Source: Candidatus Marinacidobacterales bacterium (lineage in GTDB: Bacteria; Acidobacteriota; Vicinamibacteria; Marinacidobacterales; DATDRI01). From it: a stretch of 64,000 bases of DNA. The stretch's first letter is position 1. Each line of letters begins with the position of its first letter. Positions 1-9,797 of the stretch are shown here, piece by piece. A program made the position numbers and the translations under genes. Under the pieces are notes generated by a model, which was not told where the DNA came from, ran no database searches, and worked only from the letters and a program-made list of their open reading frames with translations. Location: contig OZ245365.1 of NCBI GenBank assembly GCA_965226495.1, positions 5,472,001-5,536,000 on the forward strand. Reading direction: 5' to 3'.

Positions 1-1522
1 CGCTCTCATTGGCTATGCGGTTTATCACCCTGAGAAAAGCGCGCGCGCTGGCCTCCATGATGTCTGGGCTGGCCGCACGACCCCGATGACGTTGCCCCCT
101 ATGCTCGACTTCCACCGTAACCTCGCCCTGCGTGTCGGCTCCTGACCCAACGCTGCGGATCTGGTAGTCCTTGAGCTGGGCCTCGACGCAAGTCACGCGC
201 TCGATGGCTTTGAACACCGCGTCGACTGGGCCCGCTCCACAGGCCGCCTCACGGCGTTGCTCACCGGTCGAGTGCTGGAGAAAGACCGTGGCGGTGGAAA
301 CATCGGCGGTGCCGGTGCTCACGTGCAGATCCTTGATATCCCAGATGGCGGATACCTCCTCCATCCGGTTGTCGATGAGTGCCTCGATGTCGGCATCGTG
401 GATATCCTTCTTTTTGTCGGCGACCTTCTTGAATTCTTTAAAGACGCTGTTGAGCTCCACTTCACTCAGGTGGTAGCCCATCTCTGCTAAGCGCTCCCGG
501 AACGCGTGCCGACCGCTGTGCTTACCGAGCACCAGGTTGCTCTTGCTGAAGCCAACGTCTTCCGGCTTCATGATCTCGTAGGTCAGGCGATTCTGAAGGA
601 CGCCGTGCTGGTGGATACCGGCCTCATGAGCGAAAGCGTTTTCCCCGACAATCGCCTTGTTGCGCTGCACGTGGATGCCGGTAACCTGTGCCACCAGCCG
701 GCTGGTCGGATAGAGCCCCTTGGTTTGGATTCCGGTGGCGACATTGAAGTAGTCCCGCCGTGTCCGAATGGCCATGACCAGCTCTTCGAGAGAGCAATTA
801 CCGGCGCGCTCACCGATTCCGTTGATGGTGCATTCGACTTGCCGGGCACCCTCGCTCACCGCCGCGAGACTGTTGGCAACGGCGAGGCCCAGGTCATTGT
901 GACAATGGACGCTGATGATGGCGTCGTCGATGTTGCGTACATGCTGTTTGAGGTGCCGAATGAGACTGGCGAACTGCTCGGGCATCGCATAGCCCACCGT
1001 GTCCGGGATATTGACCGTACCCGCCCCGGCTTCGATAGCTTTCTCGACGACTTCCGACAAAAAATCCGGCTCGGTACGCGCCGCATCTTCGGGAGAGAAC
1101 TCCACGTCTTCACAGTACTCACGAGCCCGCTGCACGCTCTCGACCGCCCGTCGGACGATCTCTTCCTTCGCCATCTGGAGCTTGAACTCCCGATGAATAG
1201 CACTCGTTGCCAGGAAAACATGGATGCGAGCCCGAGGTGCGTCGCGCAATGCGTCCCATGCGCGGTCGATGTCCTCGTTGTTGCAACGAGCGAGGCCGGC
1301 GATGGTCGGACCTTCCACCTCTCGAGCGATCGCTCGCACCGCTTCGAAGTCTCCAGGCGATGCAATCGGGAAACCACCCTCGATGATATCGACGCCGAGG
1401 TCGCGAAGCGCGCGCGCAACCTGGAGCTTTTCCTCCAAGTTCATGCTGGCGCCGGGAGACTGTTCGCCGTCCCTCAGGGTGGTGTCGAAAATGATGACTC
1501 GATTCGAAGCGTCTTTCTTCAT
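1..1522 (-). CDS. leuA: 2-isopropylmalate synthase (3' end runs off the window)
   Basis: Not in the ORF track. Read manually on the minus strand from ATG 1522: [28 protein letters not shown]; the C-terminal regulatory domain reads [16 protein letters not shown]...[11 protein letters not shown]...[11 protein letters not shown]. Confidence 0.95.
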   Translation of the reverse strand, partial: MKKDASNRVIIFDTTLRDGEQSPGASMNLEEKLQVARALRDLGVDIIEGGFPIASPGDFEAVRAIAREVEGPTIAGLARCNNEDIDRAWDALRDAPRARIHVFLATSAIHREFKLQMAKEEIVRRAVESVQRAREYCEDVEFSPEDAARTEPDFLSEVVEKAIEAGAGTVNIPDTVGYAMPEQFASLIRHLKQHVRNIDDAIISVHCHNDLGLAVANSLAAVSEGARQVECTINGIGERAGNCSLEELVMAIRTRRDYFNVATGIQTKGLYPTSRLVAQVTGIHVQRNKAIVGENAFAHEAGIHQHGVLQNRLTYEIMKPEDVGFSKSNLVLGKHSGRHAFRERLAEMGYHLSEVELNSVFKEFKKVADKKKDIHDADIEALIDNRMEEVSAIWDIKDLHVSTGTADVSTATVFLQHSTGEQRREAACGAGPVDAVFKAIERVTCVEAQLKDYQIRSVGSGADTQGEVTVEVEHRGQRHRGRAASPDIMEASARAFLRVINRIANES

Positions 1523-1810
1523 CTCGTCGACTCTCTCGTTTGAAAGGAAGGGGAGGATCCGTTGGGAAGCATCCCACCACCTTAAGAAGTTAAAGTCCCG
1601 TTCTACCTAATCACCCTGCTGCCCCCAAGACCGTTCCATCCTTCGGACATCTTTCGTGCGCTTCCGCCCCCTCCAGAAGGGGTGTGAAGGCATCCAAACA
1701 CGCGTCTGAAGAAACCGGCAAAGCGACTTATCCCCATTATTATCAATTAAATAAGAGCACCCTGCGGTATGATTGTTACCGGCCGACCGGCTGGTTACTG
1801 ACCGCTCGGT

Positions 1811-1839
1811 AATGTACACCGGGACAGTGGAATTGTCAA
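1811..1839 (-). promoter_or_regulatory. sigma70-type promoter upstream of leuA
   Basis: TTGACA-17 nt-TACATT on the minus strand, about 285 nt upstream of the leuA ATG. Confidence 0.6.
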
Positions 1840-1853
1840 GCCGGTCGGGGCCC

Positions 1854-2858
1854 TCAGGGGAGGAAGGCTCGCGGGCCGGGCTGCTGGTGCCCGAGGATCG
1901 GATGGGGTCGGTAGGGGGCCTCGAGACGAGAGATCTCGTCATCGGTGAGGTTGATGTCCACCGCGGCCGCTAGCTCCTCCAAGTGCGAAACGCGAGTCGC
2001 ACCGACGATGGGGGCAGCGACACCTGGAACCGACAGGAGCCAGGCAAGCGCTACCTGAGCCGGCTTGAGCTCTCGCGCTTTGGCCACTCCTAGGAGAGCG
2101 TCGAGCACGTCGAAGTCTTCCTCTTTGAAGTACATCTCGTCAGCGTGCGAGTCAGACTCGCCTCGGCGAGTCGCCTTGCTCTCCCTCGTGCGGCTGCCGC
2201 TCAGGAATCCACGCGCCAGCGGGCTCCACGGAATGATTCCAACACCCTGATCCAAGCAGAGCGGAATCATCTCTCGCTCCTCCTCTCGGTAGACCAAGTT
2301 GTAATGGTTTTGCATGGCGACGAATCGGTGCCACCCGTTTCGATCGGCGGTAGTGAGAGCCTTCGCGAACTGCCAGGCCGCCATGCTGCTCGCACCGAGG
2401 TAGCGAACCTTACCGGCACCGACCAGTGAGTCCAAGGCATCGACGGTCTCCTCGATGGGAGTCGTCGGGTCCCACCGATGAATATGATATAGGTCGATGT
2501 AATCTAGCCCCAGTCTTTTTAGGGAAGCGTCGCAGGCTGAGATGACGCGCTTACGCGACAGGCCACCACGGTTCGGCCCCTCACTGAAAGGGAAGAAGAG
2601 CTTGGTGGCAAGGACGTAATTCTCGCGCCGCGCCATTTCTCGAAGATATTTCCCGGTAACTTCTTCACTTACACCATTGGAATACATATCCGCGGTATCG
2701 AAGAAGTTGATTCCGAGATCGAAGGCTTTCTTGAAGTGCTCGCGCGCTTCCTCGACTCCTAGGATCCACGGACGCCATTCCGGATCACCGTAGGTCATAC
2801 AGCCAAGGCTCAAGCGCGATACCTGGAGTCCCGTATTACCAAGATGAACGTATTTCAC
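1854..2858 (-). CDS. aldo/keto reductase
   Basis: LGNTGLQVSRLSLGCMTYG, FFDTADMYSNG, LDYIDLYHIHRWD, GKVRYLGAS and PWSPLARG motifs. Confidence 0.95.
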   Translation of the reverse strand: MKYVHLGNTGLQVSRLSLGCMTYGDPEWRPWILGVEEAREHFKKAFDLGINFFDTADMYSNGVSEEVTGKYLREMARRENYVLATKLFFPFSEGPNRGGLSRKRVISACDASLKRLGLDYIDLYHIHRWDPTTPIEETVDALDSLVGAGKVRYLGASSMAAWQFAKALTTADRNGWHRFVAMQNHYNLVYREEEREMIPLCLDQGVGIIPWSPLARGFLSGSRTRESKATRRGESDSHADEMYFKEEDFDVLDALLGVAKARELKPAQVALAWLLSVPGVAAPIVGATRVSHLEELAAAVDINLTDDEISRLEAPYRPHPILGHQQPGPRAFLP

Positions 2859-2865
2859 TTCTGCG

Positions 2866-4821
2866 TCACTCCGTCTCCACTTTTTTGCCGAGAGTAAAAA
2901 GAACGCCGACCATGACGGCCACGCCCACTAGTATTGAGATCCATGGAGGAAGACCGTAAGCCGATGGTATATCGCCCACCAGGATCCCGACGATAGCTGC
3001 CAACAACGCATAAGGAAGCTGGGTGCGAACGTGGTCAACATGATCCGCCCCTGACGACATGGAGCTGAGGATTGTCGTATCCGAGATGGGTGAACAGTGG
3101 TCTCCGAAAACGGCTCCGGCCAGGACCGAGCTAACGGACCCCAACAATATGGTTTCTGCTTGGGCAGCGCTCAACTGCGCCTCGAGGCCGAGTGCGTTGG
3201 CGAGTGGGATGACCAGCGGCATGAGAATGGCCATCGTGGCCCAGCTCGTCCCCGTGGCGAAGCTCATCAGCGCAGCGATCAAGAATGTCAGAGAGGGAAT
3301 CCAGAAAGGGGAAAGGTTCCCCCGCATTTGCTGGATCAAGTAATCCGCGGTGTGTAGCTCCTCGGCCAGCGAACCGATAGACCAAGCAAGAACCAGAATG
3401 ACGATCCCCAGTAGGAGAAACTTCATACCTTGTAGCAGGGCGTCGATCGCTTGAGTAATGCTCAATATGCGCTGGGTGAGCGACAGGGCGATGGCTACGA
3501 CGCAGCCCGAAAGAGACGCCCAGAGCAACGCCACATAGGAGTCCGCATTGCTGACGATTTGGCCGAGGCCGTAATCACTGGCACCGTCTGCGTGCAAGGT
3601 TTGCGTTCCAGTCCAATAGATCCCGAACATGCCTACCAAAACAATGGATATGATTGGGACCAACCCGTTGTACCACCGTGCCGGCGCGTCGCTGCCGAGC
3701 TCCGGAGTATCTTCGTTAATCTCCATGACCGGCTGAGCACCGTCGCGCAGCACCTTGCCCGTCCGGCGCGCCCGACGCTCCGCGGTAAGCATGGGTCCAA
3801 AGTCTCTGCCGGTGGAGGCTATGAGGAAGGCGAGAACCAGCGCGAAGATGGGGTAGAAGCGATACGGTATGCTGCGAATGAACACCGCATAGGCGTCGAG
3901 CGGTGAATCGATCATCTTTAGCGCCTGCTGGATCAAGCCGACCTCGTAACCGATCCAGGTGGAGATGAGGAAAAGGCTCGCTACCGTCGCCGCTCCGGTA
4001 TCTACGTAAAAAGACAGTTTTTCTCTCGAGATTCGCAGTTTATCGGTAATCGGACGCAACAGGTTGCCGCGAATGAGCACGTTCGAGTAATCGTCGAAAA
4101 ACAAGACGATGGCCGTGGCCCAAGCAGCGAGCTCACCGCCGCGTGCAGTTTTCGCGTAACGAGTGATAACGTTCGCGATTCCCCTCGCTCCACCGTTACG
4201 GGCAATGAGCCCCATAACGCCGCCGAAGAGCATGCTGAACAGCATGATCTGAACATTGGTCCTGTTGGTCATGGAGTTGACGATGTAATGGTCCAAGACA
4301 CGAAAGAACCCACCTATGACGTCGAAGTCGAAAACGAATACAGCACCCAACCAAATACCCGAATAGAGTGAGATCACCACCTGACGAAAAATGAGCGCCA
4401 TGGCGATGGCGAGTATCGGGGGGAGAATACTGAGGACACCCGGAATGACTCGCAGCGTCTTGCTCGAAGAAACTTCCCCGTCTCTTACCTCGAGCTCCGA
4501 GGTTCCACTCTTGCCAACAACCGCATCGGTGATGAGGAGCTTCCCACCCTCGAAGATCGCGTCGATCTGTCCGTCGGGCCGTCGGTCAGGATCGTCACGT
4601 TCGATCCCGGTCACCGTGGGAACACCCTCATACCCGGGGATCACCGCTCCTTCGGCATCCACCGCTTGGATCTCGACCGCGAATCGCACTCCGGCGAGAA
4701 CGAGCTCAGGTGCTTCGATCTCGAAACCCGCCACGGCTGGCTCCTGCGCCTCGGAGGGGCTCGCGAACCACACCGTCGCGAGCAGAAACGGAAGAGAACC
4801 GCCAAGCATCGACTTCTTCAT
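2866..4821 (-). CDS. Na+/H+ antiporter NhaC-family transporter with an N-terminal exported extension
   Basis: Many hydrophobic helices; FFDDYSN, SFATGTSWATM, GAVFGDHCSPISDTTILSS and HVRTQLPYA motifs; N-terminal signal peptide. Confidence 0.85.
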   Translation of the reverse strand: MKKSMLGGSLPFLLATVWFASPSEAQEPAVAGFEIEAPELVLAGVRFAVEIQAVDAEGAVIPGYEGVPTVTGIERDDPDRRPDGQIDAIFEGGKLLITDAVVGKSGTSELEVRDGEVSSSKTLRVIPGVLSILPPILAIAMALIFRQVVISLYSGIWLGAVFVFDFDVIGGFFRVLDHYIVNSMTNRTNVQIMLFSMLFGGVMGLIARNGGARGIANVITRYAKTARGGELAAWATAIVLFFDDYSNVLIRGNLLRPITDKLRISREKLSFYVDTGAATVASLFLISTWIGYEVGLIQQALKMIDSPLDAYAVFIRSIPYRFYPIFALVLAFLIASTGRDFGPMLTAERRARRTGKVLRDGAQPVMEINEDTPELGSDAPARWYNGLVPIISIVLVGMFGIYWTGTQTLHADGASDYGLGQIVSNADSYVALLWASLSGCVVAIALSLTQRILSITQAIDALLQGMKFLLLGIVILVLAWSIGSLAEELHTADYLIQQMRGNLSPFWIPSLTFLIAALMSFATGTSWATMAILMPLVIPLANALGLEAQLSAAQAETILLGSVSSVLAGAVFGDHCSPISDTTILSSMSSGADHVDHVRTQLPYALLAAIVGILVGDIPSAYGLPPWISILVGVAVMVGVLFTLGKKVETE

Positions 4822-4843
4822 GCCTGCTGGAGTCCTTTCTGCG

Positions 4844-5614
4844 CTATGCGCTCATACCGAAGTGGGTTTGGAGCGCCTCTTCCCATTCAGCCCGCTCGCG
4901 AATGGGGGTTTCTTGCTTGGTGCTTCCGTGGGTCGTGACGAGTCGATCGGGCAGGAGCGTGACCCGTCCGTCCTCAGTCGCCTTCGAGCAGATCGTGTTT
5001 TGAGTGAAATGGGAATGAGGCGACGTCTGGTGATAGTGGCAACCGTCGGTGAAGTCCTCGAGCTTCCGAGGTTCCATGGTGAAGCGGTACTGGGGCTGGA
5101 AGATTGCCGCACCTTCGAGCTGCCGGTCCAAGAACCACCAGGCTTCATTTTGAGACTGTTGGGGCTGTTGGCGTAGCCGATAGACGTGGCCAAGCTGCTC
5201 TACCTCTGCACCGGCTTCCAAAACGAGCGGATGGCGAAAAGAGTCCCCGAAACCAACGTCGGCCAGAATCGGGCGATCGAGCTCCACGCGGAGGGTCATA
5301 TGGTCGAACGGGATCCCCCATGTGCCGTCCGGCTTCGCCACTTCGGCGGACAGGACGCGGACCTCGAAGCCAAGATGTCGCAGGAGCCAGGCAAAGGCGG
5401 TGTTGAGCTCGTAGCAAAAACCTCCGCGGCCGGCGGTCACGATCTTTCGGAGAATTTTCTCTTCGTCCAATTCGATCGGTACACCCCGCTGAATATCGAG
5501 GTTCTCGAAGGGAATCGTAAAGAGATGGCGCTCATGGACCCGGTGAAGCAAGTCCAGGTCGGGTTCCCCGGGGCTTTCGATGTCGAGTCGGCTCAGGTAG
5601 CTTTGAACATCCAT
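4844..5614 (-). CDS. arylamine N-acetyltransferase family protein
   Basis: IPFENLD, GRGGFCYELN (catalytic Cys), DHM (His) and DVGFG (Asp). Confidence 0.93.
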   Translation of the reverse strand: MDVQSYLSRLDIESPGEPDLDLLHRVHERHLFTIPFENLDIQRGVPIELDEEKILRKIVTAGRGGFCYELNTAFAWLLRHLGFEVRVLSAEVAKPDGTWGIPFDHMTLRVELDRPILADVGFGDSFRHPLVLEAGAEVEQLGHVYRLRQQPQQSQNEAWWFLDRQLEGAAIFQPQYRFTMEPRKLEDFTDGCHYHQTSPHSHFTQNTICSKATEDGRVTLLPDRLVTTHGSTKQETPIRERAEWEEALQTHFGMSA

Positions 5615-5760
5615 CGGGATTCCAGGAGCGCCGGCATCATACCGACCCCCGGGGCCGCATGTCCAGCCCTCTCAGGGGCTTCCGACGACGGACCGCAGCA
5701 TCCTTGAGCGAACGAACCTGGGCGAGAGATACTATGACGGTCCGATTGGTTGGGACACCC

Positions 5761-6813
5761 ATGAAACGCCGAAACCGACGCTCCAGCAAGCCAAAGACCG
5801 GTCCCTCTCTGTGGGAGCACCTGCCAGAAAAGGATCTTCTTGCGCTGAGGCTGAGGGACCTAGGTCTCACGATCGAAGGTACGGCACTCAAGGAACGGAT
5901 CGAGCAAGTGTGTCGGGAGCTTCAGGACCGGGGCATCCGTTTCCGACCCCACTTTTGGCTTTCCGACGACTGGTTTACGCCGGACGGCGTTCCCGGAATC
6001 GCCATCCCTTTCTACCTAGCACACCCTCGGCTCGTCCAACTCGAGCGGGCGAAGATGCTCGAAGTGGAAGGTGGGACGCCCCGATCCTGCCTCCGCATCC
6101 TCAGACACGAGGCCGGGCACGCCATCGACAACGCGTACCGCCTGAGACGACGACGACGACGTATCGAGCTCTTCGGAAAATCGTCGGAGCCGTACCCTGA
6201 CTATTACTCTCCTCGTCCCTACAGCAAGAGCTACGTGATCCATTTGGATTCGTGGTATGCGCAGAGCCATCCGGACGAAGACTTCGCCGAGACGTTCGCG
6301 GTCTGGCTGGATCCCGAAGCCGAGTGGCGCAAGAGGTATTCGGGTTGGCGCGCGCTGGCAAAACTGGAGTACATGGACGAGCTCCTACGGGAGGTCGTTT
6401 CGATCAAACCGAAGGTCACGACCCGTCGCCGGCTGGATCCTCTGTCTCGCCTCCGCAAAACCTTGGGCAAGCATTACGAGGAGAAGCGCGAGCGCTATCA
6501 GGTGGACTATCCGACTTTCTATGATCGAGACCTCAGGCAACTTTTCTCGGACGCCCCCGAGCACCAGACCAATACGCCTGCCGCGACTTTTCTGTCCAAA
6601 AAGCGAAAGGAAGTCCGGCGCACCGTCGCGCGGTGGACGGGAGCTTACCAGTACACTATCGACCAAGTGCTGGGAGACATGATAAGACGCTGCCGGGAGC
6701 TAAAGCTGCGGATTGCGAAACCGGAGTCTGAAACGACCTTTGATTTTACTGTCCTTCTCACCGTACAAACCATGAACTATCTTCACAGTGGCCGGCATCG
6801 ATTGAGTCTATGA
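5761..6813 (+). CDS. putative zinc-binding metallopeptidase (start uncertain: 5734 or 5761)
   Basis: HEAGH zincin motif and YAQSHPDEDFAETFAVWL; ATGA overlap with the next gene. Confidence 0.8.
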   Translation: MKRRNRRSSKPKTGPSLWEHLPEKDLLALRLRDLGLTIEGTALKERIEQVCRELQDRGIRFRPHFWLSDDWFTPDGVPGIAIPFYLAHPRLVQLERAKMLEVEGGTPRSCLRILRHEAGHAIDNAYRLRRRRRRIELFGKSSEPYPDYYSPRPYSKSYVIHLDSWYAQSHPDEDFAETFAVWLDPEAEWRKRYSGWRALAKLEYMDELLREVVSIKPKVTTRRRLDPLSRLRKTLGKHYEEKRERYQVDYPTFYDRDLRQLFSDAPEHQTNTPAATFLSKKRKEVRRTVARWTGAYQYTIDQVLGDMIRRCRELKLRIAKPESETTFDFTVLLTVQTMNYLHSGRHRLSL

Positions 6814-7832
6814 AAACTTGTCGCATCCTGGCGCTCATGCACGAGGGCCTGGTTCCACCCGATGATGTTCGCGGCCACGACGTCGCAACCGTTGAATGGA
6901 AGATGGAGTATGACGTCATTAGTTCCTTGGAAGCGATCGGGCATGAGGTTCACCCATTGGGAGTGGGCAGTGATCTAGGCGCGATCCGAAAAGCCATTCA
7001 CGAGTTCAAGCCCCACATCGTCTTCAACCTATTGGAGGACTTCGACGATGTCGCCATCTACGACCAGAACGTTGTCAGCTATCTCGAGCTCATCAAGATA
7101 CCCTACACCGGCTGTAACCCACGGGGCTTGATGCTGGCCCGGGACAAAGCGATCTCCAAGCAACTTCTCACGTACCACCGCGTCGCTGTTCCCGACTTCC
7201 ACGTCTTCCGGCGGCGAAAAGCGATCCGAAAACCGAAACGACTATCCTTCCCCCTGATCGTCAAGTCTCTTATTCTTGAAGGCTCGGCAGGTATCTCGCA
7301 GGCTTCTGTGGTCGAAGACGAGGAGCGACTCAAAGAAAGGGTCGAGTTTATCCACGACACCTTCGAAACCGACGCGATCGTGGAGCATTACATCGATGGA
7401 CGAGAGTTTTACGTTGGCGTGATGGGCAACCAACGCCTACAAGTGCTCCCGGTGTGGGAGCTTCGTTTCACGAAGCTGGCCGACGACGTGCGCCCCATCG
7501 CGACCGGCCGGGTCAAGTGGAACACCCGCTACCAGAAAAAACACGGAGTGAGGACGGGAGCGGTCAAGGACCTGCCAGAGGAAAAACGAGAAGCGATACA
7601 ACATTTGTGCAAACGTGTTTACCGGATACTGGGTCTCAACGGGTACGCGCGGCTCGATCTGAGAGTCGACAAGAATGGCAAAGTCCACGTCCTGGAGGCA
7701 AATCCGAACCCCCAACTGGCTTACGGCGAAGATTTCGCCGAATCGGCGGAAATGGCCGGCATCAGCTACGAAGAGCTCATGCAGCGTATAATCACCCTAG
7801 GGCGGCGATGGCAGCCGGAGCGCTATCGCTGA
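6810..7832 (+). CDS. ATP-grasp ligase, D-alanine-D-alanine ligase-like
   Basis: IPYTG, DKAISK, FPLIVKS..EGSAGISQ, EHYIDGREF, YARLDLR and LEANPNP motifs. Confidence 0.88.
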   Translation: MKTCRILALMHEGLVPPDDVRGHDVATVEWKMEYDVISSLEAIGHEVHPLGVGSDLGAIRKAIHEFKPHIVFNLLEDFDDVAIYDQNVVSYLELIKIPYTGCNPRGLMLARDKAISKQLLTYHRVAVPDFHVFRRRKAIRKPKRLSFPLIVKSLILEGSAGISQASVVEDEERLKERVEFIHDTFETDAIVEHYIDGREFYVGVMGNQRLQVLPVWELRFTKLADDVRPIATGRVKWNTRYQKKHGVRTGAVKDLPEEKREAIQHLCKRVYRILGLNGYARLDLRVDKNGKVHVLEANPNPQLAYGEDFAESAEMAGISYEELMQRIITLGRRWQPERYR

Positions 7833-7840
7833 CGATCAAC

Positions 7841-9721
7841 ATGCGTTCGATTCAGTACCGACTCGCTCTTCTAGTCGCGCTCGCGATTTCAACTCTATCT
7901 TCCTGCGGCCCTTATGGGAGCACCGGGGAAGATCATGCCGCCTGGGTGCGCCTGCACTACGACAAGCAGGAGCACATGGTACCCATGCGGGACGGCGTGG
8001 AGCTCTTCACCATCGTCTATACGCCCAAGAAGAGAGACGAGGAGCTCCCGATCCTCCTCTACCGAACACCGTACTCCATTGCGCCGTATGGCCTAGACGA
8101 GTACCGAGAGGTACTAGGACCCTCCCCCGAGTTCGACCGAGATGGCTACATATTCGCCTTTCAGGACGTCCGCGGGAAATTCAAGTCGGAGGGAGAGTTC
8201 GCGGTCATCCGGCCGCTGGCCCCGAAACCGAAAGGGGTGACCGACACCGACGAGAGCACGGACAACTTCGACATCATCGAGTGGCTTTTGGCGAATATCG
8301 AGGGTAACAACGGGCGCGTCGGACAATGGGGAATCTCATACTCTGGGTGGCAGGCGCTCATGGGCATGGTCGATGCGCATCCGGCGCTCGTGGCTTCGTC
8401 CCCGCAGGCTTCCCCCTCCGACATGTTCATCGGCGACGACTGGCACCACAACGGTGCCTTCCGGATCATGTACGCGTTCTCCTGGCTTTCCCGCAATGCT
8501 CGTCGGCGTGACACTCCCACCGAGGAGCGGGCCGGCCCCTTCGATTACGGCACACCCTCAGGATACGATTTTTTCCTGGAAGCCGGAGCTGCGTCGCGCA
8601 TCGACGATCTCTATTTTCGCGGAGACGTGCTCGCATGGAATGATTTTATGGAGCACGACACCTACGACTACTATTGGCAACGACAGAACGCTCTCCAGCA
8701 TCTTGGTGACATCGATCACGCAATCCTAAACGTGGCAGGGTGGTTCGATACCGAGGATTTCTACGGCCCGATGTCGATCTACCAAACCATCGAGGAAGAG
8801 AATCCGGGAATCGAGAACACACTGGCGGCGGGCCCGTGGCTTCACGGCGGCTGGCGTAGCATGGAAGGGGATCACCTGGGGTGCGTCGAGTTCGACTCGA
8901 AGACGTCGTTGTATTTCCAACGCGAGGTACAGTTTCCTTTCTTCCAGCACCATCTCAAAGATAAAGGGGATTGGGAGGCGTCGGAGGCGGTGGTCTTCGA
9001 GACCGGCTCGAACGAGTGGAAGCGCTACGGAAGCTGGCCGCCGGAAGATTTGGACCCCACTAAAATCTATCTGCGGGGCAATGGACGTCTCTCCTTCGAA
9101 GAACCGACGGAGGCCAAGGCCTCTGATTCCTACGTCAGCGATCCGAACAAACCGGTACCCTTCTCCGCCGAGATCCGCAGCACGCTTGGCCATTTGTGGA
9201 AAGTGGAGGACCAGCGATTCGCTTCGACTCGGCCGGACGTGCTGGTCTACCAGTCAGACGTTCTTGAAAAGGATCTCACCATCGCCGGTCCGATCCTGGC
9301 AAACGTTTTCGTCTCGACCACGGGAACAGACTCTGATTGGATCGTCAAGTTGATCGACGTCTATCCCGGCGATGCGCCGGCGAGCGCCTTCTGCGAAGTC
9401 CCGATGGGCGGCTTCCAGATGCACCTTGCCGGCGAGATCATGCGAGGACGCTTTCGGAACAGCTTCGAGGATCCGGAGCCCATGGTGCCGGGCGAGGTCA
9501 CTCCGATTGCCATCGATCTTCGGGACCGAAATCACACGTTCAAGGCCGGGCACCGCATCATGGTCCACGTTCAGAGCTCGTGGTTCCCGGCGTACGACCG
9601 GAATCCTCAGAGGTACGTGAATATCTACCGTGCCCAGCCGGAGGACTACCAACCGGCGACCCAAACGGTCCATCGCGCTGCTCGATACCCCTCACACCTA
9701 GTCTTGGGCGTCATGCCCTAG
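7841..9721 (+). CDS. CocE/NonD family serine hydrolase, probable lipoprotein
   Basis: VPMRDGVEL, RTPY, QDVRGKFKSEG, GISYSG nucleophile motif and GPWLHG. Likely start is ATG 7841 with signal peptide and lipobox LSSC; the longer ORF overlaps the ATP-grasp gene. Confidence 0.9.
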   Translation: MRSIQYRLALLVALAISTLSSCGPYGSTGEDHAAWVRLHYDKQEHMVPMRDGVELFTIVYTPKKRDEELPILLYRTPYSIAPYGLDEYREVLGPSPEFDRDGYIFAFQDVRGKFKSEGEFAVIRPLAPKPKGVTDTDESTDNFDIIEWLLANIEGNNGRVGQWGISYSGWQALMGMVDAHPALVASSPQASPSDMFIGDDWHHNGAFRIMYAFSWLSRNARRRDTPTEERAGPFDYGTPSGYDFFLEAGAASRIDDLYFRGDVLAWNDFMEHDTYDYYWQRQNALQHLGDIDHAILNVAGWFDTEDFYGPMSIYQTIEEENPGIENTLAAGPWLHGGWRSMEGDHLGCVEFDSKTSLYFQREVQFPFFQHHLKDKGDWEASEAVVFETGSNEWKRYGSWPPEDLDPTKIYLRGNGRLSFEEPTEAKASDSYVSDPNKPVPFSAEIRSTLGHLWKVEDQRFASTRPDVLVYQSDVLEKDLTIAGPILANVFVSTTGTDSDWIVKLIDVYPGDAPASAFCEVPMGGFQMHLAGEIMRGRFRNSFEDPEPMVPGEVTPIAIDLRDRNHTFKAGHRIMVHVQSSWFPAYDRNPQRYVNIYRAQPEDYQPATQTVHRAARYPSHLVLGVMP

Positions 9722-9797
9722 ATGGGAGAGGTAAGTCCCTTGGAATGGTTTAACTTGGGCACGGACCCCGATTACTGCCGGTGGAAAGGCGTAAGGC

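Noticed and set aside
506-1543. 345-aa plus-strand ORF
   Set aside because: Antisense shadow of leuA, whose motifs are clear on the minus strand.
1600-1740. Possible leucine attenuator peptide upstream of leuA
   Set aside because: Short minus-strand ORFs here are not Leu-rich and no terminator with a U-tract is evident.
6144-6162. Short (CGA)n run encoding poly-Arg in the metallopeptidase
   Set aside because: In-frame and short; no evidence of phase variation.
7454-7840. N-terminal extension of the 755-aa ORF
   Set aside because: Overlaps the ATP-grasp gene; the signal peptide and lipobox begin at ATG 7841.
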